Virus record (IMG/VR): IMGVR_UViG_3300024038_000016
Reading direction: 5' to 3' (one strand)
Length of the DNA stretch: 64,000 nt
Source of the DNA: a virus
Part shown: positions 59,505-64,000 of the stretch, piece by piece
How the letters are laid out: each line of letters opens with the position of its first letter
Position numbering within the stretch: position 1 is the first letter of the stretch
The notes under the pieces: generated by a model
The model's database searches: none
Seen by the model: the letters and a program-made list of their open reading frames with translations, nothing else
What the model was told of the DNA's origin: nothing
Position numbers and translations under genes: made by a program

Positions 59505-61526
59505 ATGATCGGACACGACTACGGCGCCAGGCGGCTCGATTTGTTTCACGAGCTCGTGATCGACAACTTCGCCGGAGGCGGCGGGGCAAGCACCGGACTT
59601 GAAGCCGCACTCGGCCGACCGGTCGATATCGCAATCAATCACGACCCCGAAGCGCTCGCGATGCACGCAATGAACCACCCCCGCACGCAGCACATGCTGC
59701 AAAGCGTGTGGGACGTGGATCCAGTCGCCGTCACGGGCAACTGGCCCGTGGGCCTCGTATGGCTTTCTCCCGACTGCAAGCACTTCAGCAAGGCAAAGGG
59801 CGGGACGCCGGTATCGAAACACATCCGCGGCCTGGCGTGGGTGGGAATGCGCTGGGTCGCACTCACGCGCCCCCGTGTGCTCATGCTGGAAAACGTCGAG
59901 GAGTTCACCACATGGGGGCCGCTCGTGATCGACGAGGACGGGACGGCCAGGCCGGACCCGAAGCGAAAGGGCCGCACCTTCGAGAGCTTCGTGCGGCAGC
60001 TCCGCCAGCATGGCTATGCGGTCGAGTGGAAGGAGCGCCGTGCTTGCAACGCGGGCGCACCGACAATCCGCAAGCGCCTGTTCCTGATCGCTCGCCGCGA
60101 TGGTTTGCCGATCGTCTGGCCGGCGCCGACGCACGGTGCGCCAGACTCCAAGGATGTACGTATCGGACGCGCAAAACCCTGGCGAACCGCCGCCGAGTGC
60201 ATCGACTTCAGTCTGCCGGCGCAAAGCGTGTTCGGACGTCAGAAGCCACTCGCGGACAACACCTTGCGCCGTGTGGCGAAGGGGCTGTGGCGCCACGTCC
60301 TGACCAACCCGGAGCCATTCATCGTCGAGAAGGCGGCGCCGTTCGTTGCCAAGTACCGCGCGGACAGTGCGGGCAGCGCCATCGACGCTCCGATGCCGAC
60401 GGTCACCGCCAATAGCTTCGTCAAGCGCCCGGGCGGCTGCGCACCGCTCGCGGTGGCTGCGGCCAGCCTGGCTCCGTTCCTCACCGAGCACGCCAACGCC
60501 AGCAACCAACGAACGATGTCGGCGGACGAGCCGCTGCGGACGATCTGCGCCCAGGTGAAGGGTGGGCACTTCTCGCTCGTTGCTCCCGCGCTCGCGCCAC
60601 TCCGTGGCACATCAGGCTCGCATCTGGTCGGCCACGCCGTGGACCACCCGCTATCGACAGTCTCCGCGGGCGGCACCCACCACGCGCTCATGGCCGCGCA
60701 CCTCACGCACCTGACTCACCACGGCGAGCGCAGCGGGCATCCGTGCGATCAACCGATTCCGACCATCACGGCCGCCAACCGTGGCGAACAAGCACTGGTC
60801 GCGGCGCACATGGTCACCGTCGGGTACGGAGAGCGGCCGGGTCAGGAGGCGCGCACTCACGGCTGCAACGAACCCATGGGCACTGTCGTTGCGGGTGGCG
60901 TCAAGCGCGCCTTGGTGACCGCGTTCCTTGAGCAGGCGAATGGCGGCTTCTACGACGGCGACGGTCGTTCGGTCGCGGAGCCGGCCTCGACCATCACCGC
61001 AAGCGGCAGCCAGCAGCGTCTCGTCTCGGCCTACCTGGTGAAGTACTACAGCAGCGGCGGCCAGTGGCAAGACGTGGCCGAGCCCATGCACACACTGCCA
61101 ACCAAAGGCCGTATGGGGCTCGTGCAAACGGTCCAGGTCTCGGCCGGTTGCATCGCGCCCGAGCTGCTCGATAAGGCGCGCCAGTGCGCGTCACTCCTAC
61201 ACCGCTTCCTGCCGGAGCACTTCCCCGAGCCCGCGGACCTGGTGCTGGTCGGCGAGTACGTGCTGGTCGACATCACCCTGCGGATGCTCAAGGCGCCCGA
61301 GCTGTATCGCGCCCAGGGCTTCCCGCCCGAATACGTGATCGACGAGATCCCCGACCCCTCGCTGCTGTTCGTCAATGGCGTCCAGGTCGCGGACCCGCTG
61401 TCTGTCCCCCGCATCAAGTTGTCCGCGACCGCGCAAGTGCGCATGTGCGGCAACAGCGTCTCTCCGCCCGAGGCTGAAGCGCTCGCGCGGGCGAACTTTG
61501 CTCACGAAGAAAGGATGGTGGCATGA
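59505..61526 (+). CDS. C5-cytosine DNA methyltransferase with repeat-expanded variable region
   Basis: FAGGGG, SPDC, ENV, RKRLF, MCGNSV motifs. Confidence 0.92.
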   Translation: MIGHDYGARRLDLFHELVIDNFAGGGGASTGLEAALGRPVDIAINHDPEALAMHAMNHPRTQHMLQSVWDVDPVAVTGNWPVGLVWLSPDCKHFSKAKGGTPVSKHIRGLAWVGMRWVALTRPRVLMLENVEEFTTWGPLVIDEDGTARPDPKRKGRTFESFVRQLRQHGYAVEWKERRACNAGAPTIRKRLFLIARRDGLPIVWPAPTHGAPDSKDVRIGRAKPWRTAAECIDFSLPAQSVFGRQKPLADNTLRRVAKGLWRHVLTNPEPFIVEKAAPFVAKYRADSAGSAIDAPMPTVTANSFVKRPGGCAPLAVAAASLAPFLTEHANASNQRTMSADEPLRTICAQVKGGHFSLVAPALAPLRGTSGSHLVGHAVDHPLSTVSAGGTHHALMAAHLTHLTHHGERSGHPCDQPIPTITAANRGEQALVAAHMVTVGYGERPGQEARTHGCNEPMGTVVAGGVKRALVTAFLEQANGGFYDGDGRSVAEPASTITASGSQQRLVSAYLVKYYSSGGQWQDVAEPMHTLPTKGRMGLVQTVQVSAGCIAPELLDKARQCASLLHRFLPEHFPEPADLVLVGEYVLVDITLRMLKAPELYRAQGFPPEYVIDEIPDPSLLFVNGVQVADPLSVPRIKLSATAQVRMCGNSVSPPEAEALARANFAHEERMVA

Positions 61527-62044
61527 GCGCGATCATTAGCGAGTGCGGCCAGTATCGCTACCGACTTGAACGCGACTGCGGCATGCCGTTCAGCGGCAGC
61601 AAAGTCTTCGCGTACTTTGGCATCAATCCGAGCACTGCCGACGCCACGATCGACGACGCAACAGTGCGCAAGTGGAGGGGCTTCACCGTCCGCAACGGCG
61701 GGCACCGATTCATCGTCGGAAACGCATTCGCCTTCAGGGCTACCGACGTCGACGCCCTCCGCCACGCCAAGGATGCAGTCGGGCCCGACAACCTGCGCAA
61801 CCTTCAGCAGATCATCGCCGACGCCGACGTTCTGGTCCCGTGCTGGGGGCAGTCCAACAAGGTGATCAAGCCGATGCGCACGAGACTGAGTGCGCTGCTC
61901 CACCTCCTGCGCAGCAGCGGCAAGCCGGTGATGCACTTTGGCCTAACCGCATCTGGAGACCCCAGGCATCCGCTGATGCTTGGCTATGACACGCCACTCG
62001 CGCTGTGGCCAGCGCTGACGGGCAGAGAGGAGTCGAAGCCGTGA
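61523..62044 (+). CDS. DUF1643-family protein
   Basis: YRYRL..GINPSTAD..DD.T..N.FA.RAT..WG..G.PRHPL. Confidence 0.85.
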   Translation: MSAIISECGQYRYRLERDCGMPFSGSKVFAYFGINPSTADATIDDATVRKWRGFTVRNGGHRFIVGNAFAFRATDVDALRHAKDAVGPDNLRNLQQIIADADVLVPCWGQSNKVIKPMRTRLSALLHLLRSSGKPVMHFGLTASGDPRHPLMLGYDTPLALWPALTGREESKP

Positions 62045-62247
62045 GCAAACACACGCACGGATGCTGCGCAGACGCGGCCTGCAACGACAAAACCTGCATG
62101 GCGCTGCCGGACGGAAAGTCCTGTGGCGACTGCACCCATGTGAGGCACTGCGTCGCCTTTTACGCCCAAGCGCAGACCGACACTTACTGCGACTTTTTCC
62201 CCCGCCGGTTCAGCAAGCGCGCCGCCATCGCCGAGGAGCAGCAATGA
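62041..62247 (+). CDS. Cys-rich hypothetical protein
   Basis: M.LPDGKSCGDC.H..HC..CDFFP.RF. Confidence 0.65.
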   Translation: MSKHTHGCCADAACNDKTCMALPDGKSCGDCTHVRHCVAFYAQAQTDTYCDFFPRRFSKRAAIAEEQQ

Positions 62248-62558
62248 CTACGAACGAACAAGAGCTGCTGCCGTGCGCGTTCTGCGGGAGCGCCGATGTC
62301 GGCGAATCCATCGGTAAGAGCGCGGACGGAAGCAACTGGCGCTATATCGAATGCACGAACTGTTCAGCGTGCGCCGAGCCAGAATACTGGAACCGCCGCG
62401 CCCAGCAGCCGAGCGCGGGGTTCAGGGCTGTCGGATATTTCTGTAATGACGCCGCGACAGGCAGCCGTCCGCACTGGTCGCAGGTCTCTGATGAATGTCG
62501 CAACGATCCGGACGTCGTGGTGCTTTACGCACGCACGAAAGAAGGTGGTGCCGCATGA
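62244..62558 (+). CDS. Lar-like zinc ribbon protein
   Basis: ELLPCAFCGS..IECTNC..WNRRA. Confidence 0.75.
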   Translation: MTTNEQELLPCAFCGSADVGESIGKSADGSNWRYIECTNCSACAEPEYWNRRAQQPSAGFRAVGYFCNDAATGSRPHWSQVSDECRNDPDVVVLYARTKEGGAA

Positions 62559-62941
62559 CCGCGCTCCGAAACACTCCAGCGCCGGCCATTGGCGACAAGT
62601 GGTGGCGCGCCGAGGAGCGCTACATCGACGATGGCAGCGAGACCTATTGCGGCGTCACGATCGGGTTCGTCGAGTACGAGGCGGTCAAGTTAACTCCGTG
62701 CGGCGCATGGCTGCGCTGTATCACTTGGCCGCACCTCACGCGCAAGAAGCTGAAGTTCGCGCTTCAGTCCGGCTCTCGCGCCGTCCGCCGCACAAAGGTC
62801 GAAGCGCTCGAAGGCCTGATCGCTCGCAAGCGCCGTCAGATCCAGATCGTCGCCCATCAAATGGACGTTGCCCGCGACGCACAGATCGAGGCTCAGGCGG
62901 TGCTCAAAGCAATGCTCGCCCAGGAAGGTGGTGGTGCATGA
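62555..62941 (+). CDS. Hypothetical protein
   Basis: KLTPCGAW..A..TK.EAL..IARKRRQI. Confidence 0.65.
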   Translation: MTALRNTPAPAIGDKWWRAEERYIDDGSETYCGVTIGFVEYEAVKLTPCGAWLRCITWPHLTRKKLKFALQSGSRAVRRTKVEALEGLIARKRRQIQIVAHQMDVARDAQIEAQAVLKAMLAQEGGGA

Positions 62942-63081
62942 CCCCCGCCCACAACACCCTCATCCAGCTCCTGGCGCGCCAGGCGGTGCAAGCTCATTTG
63001 CAGCAGCAACGCCAGGCGCAGAGCCAATCCGCGCCTGAGCGTACAAATCCCGTCATTCAACAGGCCGCAACGCCTGCCTAG
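62938..63081 (+). CDS. Small protein preceding integrase (candidate directionality factor)
   Basis: 47 aa, ATGA-coupled, stop 10 nt before integrase. Confidence 0.45.
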   Translation: MTPAHNTLIQLLARQAVQAHLQQQRQAQSQSAPERTNPVIQQAATPA

Positions 63082-63091
63082 AATCCCGCCC

Positions 63092-64000
63092 ATGCGCACC
63101 GCCGCTTACTGCCGCTTCTCTTCGGACAACCAGAAAGAGACCTCGATCCGCGACCAGCTCCGGAACGTCGAGCACTACTGCGACCGCCAAGGCTGGCCCA
63201 CGCCGGCCCTGTACCAGGACCAGGCCATGTCCGGAGCGCGGTCGGACCGGCCGGGATATATCGCCATGCTGGCGGCGGCCGACGTCGGCGCGTTCGACGT
63301 GCTGCTCGTCGATGACCTGTCGCGGCTTTCGCGCGACTCGATCGAATCGGCGCAGGCGATCCGCTCATTGCGGTTCGCAGGCGTGCGGGTGATCGGGGTT
63401 TCGGATGGCGTGGACACAGCGCGCGACGGCTACAAGGTCGAGACCGGGCTGCGCGGCCTGATGAGTGAGCTGTACTTGGACGACCTTGCGAAGAAGACGC
63501 ACCGGGGCCTGAAGGGCCAGGCGCTCGCCGGGTTCTCCGCAGGGGGCCTGCCGTACGGATACCGGTCCGTCGCGACGCCCGACGGCTTCCGGCGCGAAGT
63601 GGTCGAGGAGGAGGCCTGCGTCGTCCGACGGATCTTCAAGCGTTATGCCGCGGGGATCTCGCCGCGGCAGATCGCCGACGAGCTCAACCGCGACCGCGTG
63701 CCAAGCCCGCGCGGCAGCACGTGGGCGCACAGCGCCATCTATCCAGCCGCCCAGGGCACCGGCATGCTGGGTAACGCGATCTACGTGGGGCGCCTTATCT
63801 GGAACAAAACGGCTTGGGTGAAGGACCCGCTGACGGGCCGCCGCTTGCGGACGCTGCGCCCCAAATCTGAATGGGTGATCACCGAAGACCCGGCACTGCG
63901 CATCGTCGATGACGAAACGTGGGAGGCATGCCAGGCGCGCGCCAAGACGGCGAAGGCTGAGACGATCACCAAGCGCGCAAAGGGCCGCCCGTCTGGCGGC
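63092..64000 (+). CDS. Large serine recombinase (integrase), partial; missed by ORF track
   Basis: MRTAAYCRFSSDNQ, D.AMSG...RPG, DDLSRLSRD, GGLPYGY, recombinase domain W....I..N.IY.G. Confidence 0.95.
   Translation, partial: MRTAAYCRFSSDNQKETSIRDQLRNVEHYCDRQGWPTPALYQDQAMSGARSDRPGYIAMLAAADVGAFDVLLVDDLSRLSRDSIESAQAIRSLRFAGVRVIGVSDGVDTARDGYKVETGLRGLMSELYLDDLAKKTHRGLKGQALAGFSAGGLPYGYRSVATPDGFRREVVEEEACVVRRIFKRYAAGISPRQIADELNRDRVPSPRGSTWAHSAIYPAAQGTGMLGNAIYVGRLIWNKTAWVKDPLTGRRLRTLRPKSEWVITEDPALRIVDDETWEACQARAKTAKAETITKRAKGRPSGG

Larger units (their letters stand above)
24206..64000. mobile_element. Lambdoid HK97-type siphovirus prophage with large serine recombinase, truncated at right edge
   Basis: Lysis, tail, head, packaging, Q, replication, immunity, early and integrase modules in canonical order. 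Confidence 0.95.

Noticed and set aside
50137-61526. Restriction-modification system
   Set aside because: No nuclease motif near either methylase; both look like orphan phage methylases
63078-63972. Minus-strand ORFs over the right edge
   Set aside because: Shadows of the plus-strand serine recombinase, which the track missed because it has no stop in the window

Overview
The window holds two adjacent prophages in a GC-rich, probably betaproteobacterial genome. (1) Bases 1 to about 23.7 kb are a transposable Mu-like prophage of BcepMu-type architecture, with its tail running off the left edge. It carries a repressor divergent from ner, a DDE transposase, a MuB-like ATPase, GemA, a Mor/C activator with a duplicated N-terminal domain, and an XRE-HTH/ImmA-peptidase/small-protein moron. 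These are followed by a lysis cassette, Mu-type terminase/portal/head genes and the start of a P2-like contractile sheath gene. (2) Bases from about 24.2 kb to beyond 64 kb are a lambdoid HK97-type siphovirus prophage with lysis, tail, head, packaging, Q-like, replication, cro/cI immunity and early genes, ending in a large serine recombinase at the right edge. Between them are two tandem att-like units, each a tRNA-fMet-like 3' end plus a hairpin plus a conserved arm. The strongest candidate for an undescribed system is an early-operon module of the second phage: a divergent beta sliding clamp, a stand-alone Pol III tau C-terminal-like domain and an HD nucleotidase, in a phage whose DNA methylase ends in a clamp-binding-like motif. 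Other highlights are a late-promoter motif with an RBS-sequestering holin hairpin, a capsid-anchor/FN3 protein next to an SGNH hydrolase, twin DRQW-ending membrane peptides, 24-bp-phased operators and a -1 frameshift tail chaperone. All family calls come from reading motifs by eye; no database searches were run. Several start codons were re-assigned from RBS and stop/start overlaps.
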